Source of the DNA: Octopus vulgaris
Taxonomy: Eukaryota
NCBI GenBank assembly: GCA_951406725.2
Contig: OX597841.1
Span: 10,726,001-10,790,000 of the forward strand
DNA length: 64,000 nucleotides
Direction: 5' to 3'
Shown: piece after piece, positions 27,378 to 40,921 of the stretch
How positions within the stretch are numbered: the first letter of the stretch is position 1
Layout of the letters: each line of letters begins with the position of its first letter
Translations under genes and position numbers: made by a program
The notes under the pieces: model-generated
Database searches by the model: none
The model's input: only the letters and a program-made list of their open reading frames with translations
What the model was told of the DNA's origin: nothing

Positions 27378-29854
27378 TCCTCGGACGTGCTGTCACTTCG
27401 GCTCCGAAGGTAATCGCTTATTTTGACTATTTATAGCCCATATTTTGTGTACATTTTTGTAAATAAGGTGTGTAAGGCACCCAACTTTCGTGACCTTCCC
27501 TCTTGCCTCTTGTCTCTTCCAATGTTTGTGTGTGAAACACACTTTTCGTAAACGTCAATTATGCTTAAATTAGGTTGTGTGAATGCGCGTGGCTTGGCGT
27601 CGGCTTGGAAGCAAGGTTACCTTCTAAACGACATCATGTCACTGAACGTGGATATAGTAGCTATCAGTGAAACCAGACTCAGCAAGTCGCGGGCCCTCGC
27701 GTCCATGTTTGGCGATCAATTTGACATTTATTTTTCACCCTGTCTGCCGAACATGGGTGGTGGAGGTACCGCGGTGCTTTTTCGAAAGAGTCTAAATGTA
27801 AAAGTAAGAACAATATTCCTAGACCCGGAGGGTAGGCTGGTTGTCTTGGACGTGGATGGCAGAAATGGGTGTGCATTCCGTCTGATAGCAGTTTATGCAC
27901 CGTCCTTAACGGGTCGGGCGGATTTCTTCAGACGTCTAGAGGTTTTCCTGGGTACGTCTAGACCTTTACTGTTAGTAGGGGATTGGAACGCTACCTTGGA
28001 CACGCATCTAGATTATGTGGGAATCGATAGGAATAGAAGGGGGTGTAAGAGCCTCAAAGACCTACTCAGACGTTTCCATTTGTCTGACAGGTTCCGACTC
28101 GACAATCCGAACGTACCAACGTGGACTTGGACAAACCGCGTCGGATCGTCGAGATCTTATCTAGATAGAATTCTATGCAGGACAGCGGATAGGGATAGCG
28201 TAGGATGTCCACAATTTAAAATAGTCAGCTACACAGATCACAAATTTGTGACGTGTACGCTCGACTTAGATAAGACACATAGACAGGGTCCCGGTTACTG
28301 GAAACTGAACACGTCGCTCTTAGCGTGACAGGTTTACAGGAATTAGCGAGTTAATTAAGAGGGCGCTGACGGGAGCCGTCGTTAACAATCGCTGGTGGTT
28401 CGCCCTGAAAATGGCAATAAAATCGGAATCAATTAGGTTTAGCAAGGAATTAGCGATAGATCGAAACAGAGTAGAGGGAGACCTGGTTAAGAAACTAGAA
28501 GAGGCACTTACCACTGGCAGCGCAACCAACGTGCCGGCTGCGAGGATGGCCCTCGACCAACACCTCAACGCCAAGCACGAAGGTTGCGTCGTCAGAGCTA
28601 CAATGCGTACCTTAAGGAAGGAAGGGATCGAAGCTGCGCGAGAGGCCCGGGTAGCGGAGGCGCAGCGTGGCAACAGAGCCACCATTCGGTCTCTAATAGA
28701 TCAACAGGGATGCAGTTTACTCGAACCCGAAAGGATGTGTGAGGCCTTTCAACAGCACTTTGCTCGATTGTTTGGTGCGAGTGGTGGGTCGGAACGCGGA
28801 ATACATTTCAGTGCCTACCTGACCGACCTGCCGCGGCTCTCGGCAAGAGAAGCGAAGTGTTGTGAAAGTCCCATCACAGCCGCTGACGTGCGGGATGCGA
28901 TGGCGGGCTGCGCGAGGGATAAGTCGCTTGGATTAGATGGTTTACCCTACGAGCTGTATAGTCAAATGCCAGACTTGTTTGACGACCTCTTGGCATCAGT
29001 GTACTGCAACTGGCAACAAAACGGGAGAATTCCCGGTTTCGTGAGCCGAGGTGCAGTGACGTTGCTGAAGAAAGACCCAAACAAGGGGAATTTTATAGAT
29101 AATTTCAGGCCCATCACTCTGTTCAACGCAGATTTGAAAATTTTGGCCAAAGTAATAGCCGAGAGGTTGGCGCTTGTCATTGGTAAACTGGTCGACAGGG
29201 CGCAAACATGCGCCGTGCCGGGCAGAACCATACATGACAACCTCCACCTGATGCGCTACATTGTGGACAGGGTAGTTAAGGATCCTGGCATGGGTGGGGC
29301 GCTGATAAATTTGGATCAGTCTAATGCATTCGATAGGGTCGACCATCGGTACTTGGCGGCCGTCCTCAGGGCGGCTGGCTTCGGTCCCGTCTTCCGCGGT
29401 TGGATCGCTGCCTTGTATAGCGGCATCCGATCGGTGATTCGGGTGAACGGTCACCTGTCGAAACCGTTTGACATCACGTTCGGTCCGTCAGGGGTGTCCC
29501 CTGTAGGCGCTTCTGTATGTATTGACTCTCGAGCCGCTACTGCGGAAGCTGGCGACACTGAGGGGAATCCCACGAGAACTGGGTTGCGGGACGAGCGTGT
29601 CGGCATATGCGGACGATGTCACCGTCATAGTGTCGAGCGACAAACACATCCAGATGATAGGCGAGACACTAAGAAAATACGAAACGGTGAGGGGAGCGAA
29701 GATTAACCCGGAAAAGTCAGTGGGTTTGCTACTCGGCACCTGGAGAAGCAAACCCATGCCGTCCGACTGCAGCTCAGTAGTGGGACGCTGGACGGACGGA
29801 CCGGTTAAATTGCTCGGGGTCTGGTTCAGTCCGGACCTCCAAATGGATAAGAAC
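27378..29854 (+). mobile_element. Tx1/L1-clade LINE, ORF2 5' part (APE endonuclease + reverse transcriptase), disrupted and 3'-truncated
   Basis: 27561..28328 encodes an APE endonuclease (NARGL, SET, YAP, GDWN, YLDRI, TDH, GPGYWKLN). 28411..29480 and 29522..29854 encode RT (GLDGLPYE, FRPITLFNADLKI, DQSNAFDRV, YADD, KLLGVW). GC-rich and relatively young, with frameshifts near 28325 and 29478. Confidence 0.93.
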
Positions 29855-29859
29855 GTCAA

Positions 29860-30600
29860 GTGTATGTGACTAACGAATGGAGATTGTTTAAAGACTCGAG
29901 TAAGGTTAGCCTCGAAGCTGTGTTGTTACATAATGGTAATGAAAAACCTTCCATTCCTGTGGGTCATGCTATCGGTATGGAAGAAACTTATGAATCGATG
30001 GAACTCATTCTGAAAGGAGTTAATTACTCAGTTCATAAGTGAAATATTTCTGGTGATTTAAAGATGATTTACCTCATCCTAGGACTGCAGCTGGAATACA
30101 TCAAAAATATGCACTTCTTGTGTGTTTGGAATAGTCGTGATGACAGCAACCATTACACTGTAAAAGACTGCTCTAAAAGAGATCTGCGCATAATTGGTCG
30201 CTACAATGTGCAGCATGTGCCGCTGGTAAACCCAGAAAAAAATCTTCCATCCACCCCTTCACATCAAACTCGCCTTCATGAAAAACTTTGTAAAAGCAAC
30301 GACACACGATGTAACTTAGCGGTTCGGCAAAAGACACCGATAGAATAAGTACTGGTCGATTTGCTCGACTAAAGGTGGTGCTCTAGCATGGCCGCCGTAA
30401 AATGACTGAAAAAAGAGATTAAAAGAGCAAATATCGACAAAAGTGTATTTTCTTTAAACTACCTTATTAAGGGAGATAACTAAAAAATAACATCTTAGAG
30501 TTACTTCCCTTGCGTCATATAAAACCGACGTGAGAGTTTCAAATTGAAATGGGTTCGTTTTTCGCTTGCGAAGGGGACACGAGCATTGGCGCACCAACAG
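29860..30600 (+). mobile_element. Unclassified DNA-transposon-derived remnant
   Basis: EWRLFKDSSKVSLEAVLLHNGN..SIPVGH....ETYESMELIL...NY..H...GDLK...LGLQ....K..FLC.WNSR is a widespread transposase-derived protein family. I could not assign the superfamily. A SINE fragment interrupts it at ~30305-30425. Confidence 0.6.
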
Positions 30601-30780
30601 ACACACATACGCATGCAAGCTTCCTGCTGATACCTTTAACAATTAAACATCAACTAGCTTATAATTTGCATTTAATTACATGCCACAACTATATAAAGTA
30701 ATAACAATATCTAGTACAAACCTTTGCACTTGATCAGGTTATTATTTTGTTTCAGATATGCGTGTGTGAGTATATACACC

Positions 30781-30932
30781 TATGTATGTATGTATGTATG
30801 TATGTATGTATGTATGTATGTATGTATGTATGTATGTATGTATGTATGTATGTATGTATGTATGTATGTATGTATGTATGTATGTATGTATGTATGTATG
30901 TATGTATGTATGTATGTATGTATGTATGTATA
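30781..30932. repeat. (TATG)n microsatellite
   Basis: Direct reading of the sequence. Confidence 0.98.
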
Positions 30933-31112
30933 CTTTATTTTAAGCAGCAGAAAATTCAACAAAATCTGTTACTCTGAGTTTCTCGTTGCCGTTCATCAGA
31001 CAATATATATATAAAGATATATATAGACATTTATAAGTATGTATGATAGATGATTATAGATAGATTATATAGTATAGATAATATATAGATATATATATAT
31101 ATATATATAATA

Positions 31113-31625
31113 ATTTTACTTGTTTCAGTCATTCGACTGCGGCCATGCTGGAGCACCAGCTTTAGTCGAGCAAATCGACCCCGGGACTTATTCTTTGTAA
31201 GCCCAGTACTTATTCTATCGGTCTCTTTTGCCGAACCGCTAAGTGACGGGGACGTACACACACCAGCATCGGTTGTCAAGCAATGCTAGGAGGACAAACA
31301 CAGACACACAAACACACACATACATATATATATATGTACATGTATACGATAGGCTTCTTTCAGTTTCCGTCTACCAAATCCACTCACAAGGCTTTGGTCG
31401 GCCCGGGGCTATAGCAGAAGACACTTGCCCAAGGTGCCACGCAGTGAGACTGAACCCGGAACCATGTGGTTGGTTAGCAAGCCACACTGCCACTCCAGCG
31501 ACTATGTTTATATATTTTTTGCCTAAACTGGCAAAACGACCATTCCGAATTATAACCATATATATATATATATGTATACATATATGGTTGTATGTATATA
31601 TATATATATATATATATATACATAG

Positions 31626-31662
<37 letters not shown>

Positions 31663-31921
31663 ATTATATTTTTTTACTTGTTTCAGTCATTCGACTGCGG
31701 CCATGCTGGAGCACCAGCTTTAGTCGAGCAAATCGACCCCGGGACTTATTCTTTGTAAGCCCAGTACTTATTCTATCGGTCTCTTTTGCCGAACCGCTAA
31801 GTTATGGGGACGTAAACACACCAGCATCGGTTGTGAAACTATGTTGGGAGGACAAACACAGACACAGTAACATACACACACATACATACATACATACATA
31901 CATACATACACATACACACAC

Positions 31922-31956
<35 letters not shown>

Positions 31957-32108
31957 CATATATACGACAGGCTTCCTTCTGTTTCCGTGACAAAGCTTTG
32001 GTCGGTCCGTAGGCTATGGTAGAAGACATTTGCCCATGGTGCCACGTAGTGGGATTGAACCCGGAACCATGTGGTTGGTAAGCGAGCTACTTCCCATACA
32101 GACACTCC
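31113..32108 (-). mobile_element. Two tandem copies of the third tRNA-SINE family
   Basis: Both start with tttacttgtttcagtcattcgactgcggccatgctggagcacc, the reverse complement of 21153-21565. Confidence 0.8.
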
Positions 32109-32393
32109 TGTTTGTTAACCTGACAACAAGTTGAAGGTGAGCTCTGACTGGTTGTATGCAAATTAGTTCATTAATGGGATCCGGAACTCTCGTGGGAGAA
32201 AAAAAATTTCGTGGCTGGGTCAAATGAGACGATGTGACCACCTTGATATGGGTGGACTGTGCTCAAACACGCACAAACACCCACACATATAGATACATGC
32301 AAAGACGCACACTCGTAGCTATTTATGCTTTAAAAATGTTGACCTTAAAACCGTGACATTCTGAAGAAATTGTATGAGTGTGTGGGTCAGCCA

Positions 32394-32432
<39 letters not shown>

Positions 32433-32636
32433 TTCATTTCTGTTTCGCTGAATTTGTGAAAGAGGGACGGAGAAGTTGTTGACATCGATGACAATTTTCG
32501 TATATTGCTTCTTCTTTTTTTAAATTTTTTCAGTCATTAAATTGCGGCCATGCTGGGTTACCGCCTTGCAGTATTTTTAGTCGAACCAATTGACCTCATT
32601 AAAGTACATTTTTTCAGCCTGGTAAGTATCCGCTCA

Positions 32637-32676
<40 letters not shown>

Positions 32677-34239
32677 GCAGTCTTTAAATCGTAGTCTTCG
32701 TTTCTGCTGGGGGTTCTTTCCATAAAGAAGTTTAGCATATAGCATCTGTTTAGGGATCCTCTGATCATTAATCTAAAGAAAATGTCCAGTCCATCATTAT
32801 ACTCTGTGCTTTTATAATTTGACAATTTCAACCTCTCTTCTCTGGGCAACATATTTTCCTTTTGATGCTTTTAAAATATGAAAATTACTTTGACAGTCAT
32901 TGACCAGAACAAGATGAAGATCTCAGTCAGTAAAGGAATTTGTCTGGGGTCTTCAAAGTTTGAAGTTATTCTTTTTAGTTTTATAAAGTCACTAAAAGTC
33001 TTACGTTTTCTCAATTTAGAGAAAACTAACACTTTTATAAATGAGTTTATTGCTACGCATTAAATGTTAAACTAAATTTGCTCCAGCTGGTCTATATAAA
33101 CAGTAACCTATAGCTTTGAACAGCCTTATTATTTTGTTGTGTATTTACATGGCATATAATGTGTGAATAGAATTCCTCCCCCAGTTATCCAAGCAAAAAA
33201 TCAGAAACTTATGTTATCAATTTATTTAGAATAATTTTGTACAAAGTTTGATACAAAATAATTTTGTTGTGTCTGGGGAGAGTCATTCTCTTTTAGTGCC
33301 TTATTATTTAACACACTCAACGGTAAAATTTCGTTTTGCTTTAATAGTAATTATCAATTTCTGAATAAAGTTTCTTTTTATCTAATTTAAATATCTTGAT
33401 TATTTAATTTGAAAACAATCAGGTTTGTTCACTTCTATCACAAAAGAATCCAATAAAAAGTGGAGAATACTTATGAATCTTCCTTTCCAATTCCACAAAA
33501 GTCTGCTCGGTAGAGCTTCCTGTCACATCTTATAATGTACATAAAGGTCTCATGTGTTTTACTTATTTAATCTTGGTCTCTGCTGTAAGAACTTGAAATC
33601 TAATTTCAAATTAAAATAACAGTGGAGTAATATGAAGGTAAATATTGTAAGGAAGAATTGTACTCTTCCTTTATCTGAAGTTATTTAAAAAGAGGGAGAC
33701 ACTGTGGCTTTTCCACAATCACATGCAATTAAAACAACAAATGTTGTGTCATTATTTTATTATCTCAGACTTTTTCAGCACAGCTATTGTTTAATTATAA
33801 TTTTTTTGATTTATTTTCATATGTATAATAGTGAAGTTTTATTTTTACTGACGAAAATTTCAGTAATTAGTAAATAACGAAGGTCATAAAGTAAGAATAT
33901 AAAATTAGAATATTGTATATTGCACTCAAAACCCCCTGAATTTTTATTCAACCACCACCACTTTGGAGAGGCCTGTCTTAAACCACAACAGGACAAAGTG
34001 AGATATATCCTTAGATACATCATGTATTATATAGAAATACTATCTCTATAGGATATATAAAGGGAAAATACATCAATATATATATATACCAGGCATTCTA
34101 CTCTCAGATAAACATGAAGGTAGATAGCTATCAATATAGCAGAAGATATTAAAGCTGTCTATATAACAATGGGGTTGCTTAGGGGGGGTTAGATATACAA
34201 CAACAGCAACAACAATAAATGAACATTTCAAAGTTTGTC

Positions 34240-34245
34240 TTTATT
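34240..34245 (-). terminator. Candidate polyadenylation signal of the ANK-RING-death domain gene
   Basis: AATAAA on the minus strand ~240 nt after the stop codon, followed by a TG-rich tract. Common motif, so weak evidence. Confidence 0.35.
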
Positions 34246-34487
34246 TTAAATGTGAATTTTTAACAAAGGAGCCAAACCAGTGAAGGGATCACTATGTGGC
34301 TGATATACCTGCTAGAATTAGTAGCTAAATTCACACGATATCACTGTACAGAAGGGCATATTGGACAATGTGGTTGTGGGTTCTCTTTGGAAATAGGCAT
34401 GATGGTCCTGGCTGGAATGCGTTTGATCATAAGTCTCTGTTTGGTCAAGGTTAATCTGAGGCTAAACAACAACAGTTACACAGAAAT

Positions 34488-34687
34488 TCACTTTGCGTCT
34501 AATGACAGACATTCCATCGCAGCGAAACATTCAGCTTCTTCAAGAGCTGCACGTAATGTTGCGTGTGTCCGTGTTTCTGGGTCGCAATTTTTTAACCATT
34601 CGTAAAGAATCTGGTAGCCTTGTTTTACAGTGACATTAGACTCATCATCAATTTTCAGTTTAGTTGTATCAACTTCTAAAACAATAA
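34488..34687 (-). CDS. ANK-RING-death domain protein, terminal exon (death domain C-terminal part)
   Basis: Acceptor tgtgtcttttgcag, phase 1. Reads VIVLEVDTTKLKIDDESNVTVKQGYQILYEWLKNCDPETRTHATLRAALEEAECFAAMECLSLDAK*, with a death-domain L..W...T...L..AL pattern. Confidence 0.8.
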
Positions 34688-36228
34688 CTGCAAAAGACAC
34701 AACAATAAGAAATAAATGCAACAACATTGACAATAACATAAAACGCTGTGTACTGTAGGTTGTTATGAATATAACAAACAAACTTTATCAATAGAGAAGT
34801 AAAAAAAGAAATAGCTAAGAAACATGAAAAATATAAGACATTGTTTTCTATTGACAAAAATAACAAAGAGTTTGAATTAAACGAGATTTTTAAAGAAAAT
34901 TAATTGAAAATTATACTTGAGAAAATATATGGTAAACGAGGGCAGGAAAACTTTTGTGAAGGCAAAAGTATATCAGAACCTCAAGAATTAACATTGACCT
35001 CCAACAGTGAAAGCATATGATCCATCCATTTCCTCTGCTCAATATTCTTGAAAGGGCTGTGGGGAAAGAGTCCTCAGGCACCTCCTCCATAGGGTCCTAT
35101 CAGAAGCATCCATCATTAGACATTCTGCTTGTATTCTATGATGTGAAGAACTAAGACTATGGATATCATCCAACCATTTCTTTCTTGGCCTCCCCCTCGG
35201 TATCCTGTTCCATTGGTTTGACTTTGAGAACCTGTCCTGTAATTCATTCCTGCAACACCCTGATCACATGTCCGAGGTACCACAGATGTGGAGGAGATGT
35301 GGTTCAACCTGGAGAGACTCCCAGATCTCTGAACTGTAAATCCTATTGAGTAACATTACTCCAAAGACCCTTTAGAAGAATCCCATATATCTGTCTTATT
35401 CTGGTAGATTTCAGACCTGGTATTCAAAGGGTCATGAAAGTACTGTCCCTCTGTGTCATCTACTACCTTGCAAAGTTCCCAAGAGGACACTGGAAATCGA
35501 ATGATCAGTGATTGTCCAACAGTCGATAATTCTAAGTCAAACTCAATCCCATTTCAAACTTCTCCAATGAACTCCAGGTTCGATCAATTCTACAGAGCCT
35601 ATTCAGTTATTATTATGTCAGTCTGAATGAGAGATGCCCCCTGCAGTTCGGCTTGACTTGTGAATGTTCATTTTCTGGTAAATTCCCTTAAAGGAATTCT
35701 CTGTTTTCGCCTGAGGAGAATGATAGGATTTCGCTGTGTCACCTTTATTAAATCTCTTTTTATTGAAGCATTTACAGACATATGTCATGTGGTAAAGTCA
35801 TTGCAAAATGGCAAAATAAATTGGAATTATCAGCTTCCAACACAATAACCCAATAAATAATCTGCTTGAAGAAAGATGCTTTGTTTTAGATGTTAACTTT
35901 GGTACTTGTCCTTCATTACAATAACCTAACAGTGAACCTAAAGAAAATGTGAAACAAATTCACTCACCTGTTTACCCTTAAACAATATATTTTAGTTCCT
36001 TCTTCCAAAAGATAATATTAAACGCCATTTGTGTTTTCTAGTTTATCCATTATTACCAACCATGCTAACCTCAGTGGATATTTTATGAAATATCAGGAAT
36101 ATCGTAAATAAAATTGTCATACAGATAACCTATCAATTGGAAATGAGGAATGTAACTTGTTCTCATTCATTCTGACAAATAAAATAGATCAGGTGAAAGT
36201 AAAATATATAGAAATCAAATATACTCAC

Positions 36229-36300
36229 CTATTTGCCACCAATCACGTCCTAACCTCTTAGCCACTCTCAGAAGATCTTTCTCCTTCAGAACTGGACTCT
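36229..36300 (-). CDS. ANK-RING-death domain protein, death domain N-terminal exon
   Basis: tttatttcag / gtgagt boundaries, 72 nt, phase 1-1. Reads ESPVLKEKDLLRVAKRLGRDWWQI, a typical death-domain helix 1-2 (L..VA..LG.DW..). Confidence 0.85.
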
Positions 36301-38806
36301 CTGAAATAAATATTTCCAGCTTTTATAATTTATTGTAAAACTTATTTATCTCTATAAATATTCTGTAGTTTATTGTTGTGGGACATTGTTATCATCAGTG
36401 GTTGGCTGGTGACCACTAGGGTTTTGCTCAGTATTTTTATACTTTCCATTGTGGGACCAGGTAATAGCTCAATATTTAGGCCCGCAACAAAATAGACTAA
36501 CTTTCCGAAACCTTGTTTCTCTTTAACAGAGACATCCTACATAATCTAACAATGTTGCAATTATTTCATTCAATTATCATTTCATAGTTCTCTCTCTCCT
36601 TTCATATATCTGTACCAAATCTATGACATGTGACTGTCCTCTGAACTCTACACTTCACTAACCACCATTCTCCTCATCTTCTGCTAAAGTCCAATATCAT
36701 CCAATGTGGTCTCCAAAGATCTCGTCAGAATTGCATGACACACCACTTCAAGTAAAATAAACGTAATACCTGTTCTCTTTGCTGTTGGAAATCTTGAATT
36801 TTATCATCCCACATCCCAGTTCACCTGGTCATTATCTGGTGCAGGGAATATTTTAAGACTCCTTAATACAGGTGAGCAATGATCAGTTCTCCAAAGATGA
36901 CACAAAAAGTGATATCAGGTGTCCTAAAACAATGTACACTTGCACAAAACCCCATTCACTACATACAACTGGACATCTACACATTATTGCAGTGAAGACA
37001 TCTGAAATGGTACAAAAGGACTGATACTCAAAAATATATAAGAAAGACGGGAATACAAAGTGCGAGCTCCAAATCTTTTATTTTCCAGAATGTTTGGCAT
37101 ATTTGTTTCTTTTAACCATCTTCGTTCTGTGACTTGATCTCAATGCCTTTACTCTTATTGCAAAATTAGGTAGTGTACCATCGTCGTAATAGTTTTTCAA
37201 GTTTCCCTTTAAACTTCATCAGGGTTTCTCCTGCTATTTTGACCTTCACTTGTTTCTGCTGACCTTTCAGAAATGACTGGCTTCATTACTCATTTGCATT
37301 GAACCACATTCTTCACCAAGTTCCTCAGTCTACCCAGTTAATCCAGAACTATTTGCATATCCTTTTATTTGTTGTTACTATTGTTATGTAATCCATTAAT
37401 GTCTTCTCGAGTGTTTTCCTTTGAGCCATTTCTTATCAATCTGCTGATTTAAGTAACATCTCCATAACAATCACCAACCAAATGACTGATATTGTAGAAA
37501 CTACAGCAATTCCCGTTTCAAAATGATACCAGTCTATCGAGAAAGTTTTCCTCATGAACTGCATATTGAAATTGTTATAGCAGCTCCTCATCAGATCCTT
37601 AATCTTTTCTCATATATAAAACAGGTCCACTGCTTCCATCAACAATTTGTTTGCTAGAGAACCATAAACCAGATCAAATCACACAACATTCAATCCCTTT
37701 TATTCTTCTTTCCGTCTTGTATCACATCCTAGATTTAAGACACATGTTCCACACAGCCAGGAATGCCAGAGGATTCCAGTCTTCGAGATACTTTTAGTCC
37801 CATATTCATTATTCTGTAGATTTACAGTTGATCTCTTTGTGAATACAACCTTATAAATCTTGCCATTTATATTCAAGGTTGAAATTAGTCTGAACTAATC
37901 AATCGGTATTTGATTGCTGGTTTCAATGGACATTTCAAACTGTCTATGAATGGGAATCATTGCTTTTGCTTTGGATCTCCTGCATATATCCATCCAGTTC
38001 ATCTTTATTGTATTTTAGCTTTCTGTTCTCAGTATCTGCAAACAGAATTTCCTTGTAGAAGTTAAAGAGGAGCGTTTAATTTTGTTGACGACATGATCAT
38101 TTTTCTAGGGCTTTTGGAGCAAAATTGTGCCCAAGGCCCTTTTTAAAGTGGTTGATGTTAGGAAAGGCACATCACCATAGAAAAGCCGGAATGTGTTCCT
38201 CATCCAATCAAGGCGGACAGTATTTGTTAATAAGAACTGACATGGATAGGAATCATCCATCCAATCGATAGGAGCATAGACATCAGATGATAAATGATGA
38301 GGGTCATCAGTGTCTATCTTGGAGAGAGAGAGAGAGAGAGAGAACGGTTGTCTCAGCATCAAACCTAATGCTTTTACATGAATAAAGACAATGTTTAGGG
38401 GATGTAATGATAAATTTATTATCAGTGAAAGAAAAAGGCAGGGTGTTCACATACGGAACACATTTCATTGTAAATCTGTCACATTATGAGAGATATTTGC
38501 CTAAATAGCAACAACAGCAATAACCTATCAGTAAACTTAGTAACTACATATTTTAGTCCTCCGTTTCAAAATACAGTATTAATTCTATTGTCTTCTAAAT
38601 TATCCATTTTCCGAACCATGCCAACCCCGTTGACTATTTTGTGAAATTCCATTGATATCAAAATGTCTAATAGAATTATTATACAGCTAATATTTCAGAT
38701 GTAAATTAGGAATGGATCTTGTCCTCAGTCATTCTGATAAACTACAAATGCTCAGGTGAAGGTTAAAAATATAGAAATCCATGAGGTACTGTTATTTGCT
38801 TCTCAC

Positions 38807-38854
38807 AAACTGGCTGTGATGTTGTCAAGGCATCCTTCACAGAAGTTGGAGTCT
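38807..38854 (-). pseudogene. Degenerate paralogous linker exon (acceptor AG>AA)
   Basis: Same flanks as the neighbouring exons (tattcatttcaa vs tttatttcag; gtgag donor). 48 nt, open frame TPTSVKDALTTSQPV. Confidence 0.5.
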
Positions 38855-40870
38855 TTGAAATGAATATTTTCAAGTTTTACGTTTTATAGTATAATTTCAT
38901 TATAGTTATTGATAATCAACACTTTATTATTGTGGGAAGGGCATACAGCTGTAAAAACTAGTTCGTAGGGATGTGGTTGTGTACCCATGTAAAAGTTATG
39001 TTAACTTTGAGGGTAACAAGGTGTAAAATATCAGATGAGGGTACAAGATAATGCTATGAAACTTCACACAGACAAGTTTAAGAGAGTTAATGAATGATAG
39101 CTGATTAATTATCATGTTAATGCGGCGTTTAAACACTAACTATCAATATAGATTGTATAAAATCTGTGTGAAGAACATGTGACATTTGTTACAATGAATA
39201 TGGTTGTGTCTCAGCACAGTTGATATTATGGTAGTTCCATGAGAAACCATAGAAAAATGTAACCATTTCCAGTACCGAATACTAATGATGAATTCTTTTC
39301 TTGGTCAAATAACAATGACCAGGTTCCATGATCTAATTTCAACAGAACAATCAAGTCGGAAGTAAAACCAAAATGTGAAAGACGGAAAACAGTGACTCTC
39401 TTACAATTGAAACCATCTCAAAGCCAACAATTGTCAGTATAACGATGTCTATATATGGACAGTAAACGTTATTCAAACATCGTAACAAGCGATAATATAT
39501 ATATATATAGTTAGAAAAGAGTTGTGAGTTCAAGTCACACTGGAATCTCATACGTTCATTCCTTTCCATGTATTGCATATGTTAACATCAATGTTTTGTT
39601 CAAATGTGAACATATGTTCTCTGTTCAATATGAATGTTATCAAAATCACTGAACCGGTTTCCACAATCGATATTATTATACTGAGCTAATATGTTATACC
39701 AGACAGGAAACTACTGTAACAATCTAAGACAAAGAATTATGATGAGTTACTGGAAGACAGCATCATCATCATCATCATCAACATTCAAAGTTTGTTTTCC
39801 ATGCTGGAATGGGTTGGAAATCTTTACAGGATCTGACAAGCCAGACAACTGCACCAGGCCCCAGATGGTTTCTTTGGCATGGTTTTCTATGGTAGGATGT
39901 TCTTATTGATGCCAACCACCTCACAGAGTGTACGTGGCCCCTTTGTGTAAAGCACAAGTACTGGCATATTTAGCCAAAAGACATGTAAGACAAAGACCCC
40001 ACAGCCGGGAGAGGGGGTATTGCAAATTTCTCTCCCCGCATCCTGATTCTTTTGTCATCACATTCCCTTCTCACCTCCTGAAAATGTCATCAGCTTCAGT
40101 GAACCAAAACATCATAGAGTAGTGAGGACCGTCTAATTATGTAGAATGTAACACAACTTGATTACTACTTGTGCTATAATTAAATGCTCCCAGAACACAC
40201 CAGGAAGTGGTTGGTGGAAACTAGGAAAGATGACACCACAAGTTTGAAAGGAACGTTTGATATTGTTGGGAAATTGATGATCATTTCTAATGCTTGTGCG
40301 ACAATAAAATATACCCACGACCCTTTATAAAGTGGTTGGGGTTAGAAAGGGTCTACCACCTTAGAAAAGCTGCAATGTTTAAGTGAGATGTTTTCCTCAA
40401 CAAATGACGGTTGGCAGTAATTTCAGATACAACTGACTTGGACAGTGATGACCCACCTAGTGTATGGGAGCATGGAGAGCAGATGAGAAAAGATGAGGAT
40501 GATATCATTTATTGTATTGAAACTTTTAACCAGCATCTTTCTTGAAAAGACGGAGAGAAAGAGCATGAGTGAGAGAGAGAGAATGAATGAGTACAATGAG
40601 ATGACAAACAGGGCGAATATTCTCCTTAACGGGAGAGAACCGTTTCAGGGTTTATATTTAATATTTGTATCTTTCTTTCTGCGAGTGAATGAGTAACTGA
40701 TGTTTGCATAAAGTACATTTATTGGATATTTGTGTTGTTGTAGAAGAACAGAATTTCTTTATAGCTAATCATTCAAATGAAACCTGTTCTCGGTCATTCT
40801 ATTGACCACAATAGCTCAGTAAAAGCTAAAATTTATAGAAATCAATTATGTAATGTCATTCTATACTCAG

Positions 40871-40921
40871 CACGTGGCTCTTCTACTGTCTGGACCTCTT
40901 TGTCTTCAAATATTGGCCTTG
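40871..40921 (-). pseudogene. Paralogous linker exon with mutated donor (GT>CT)
   Basis: tttatttcag acceptor, 51 nt, reads ARPIFEDKEVQTVEEPR. It is followed by ctgagtata where the paralogues have gtgagtata. Confidence 0.55.
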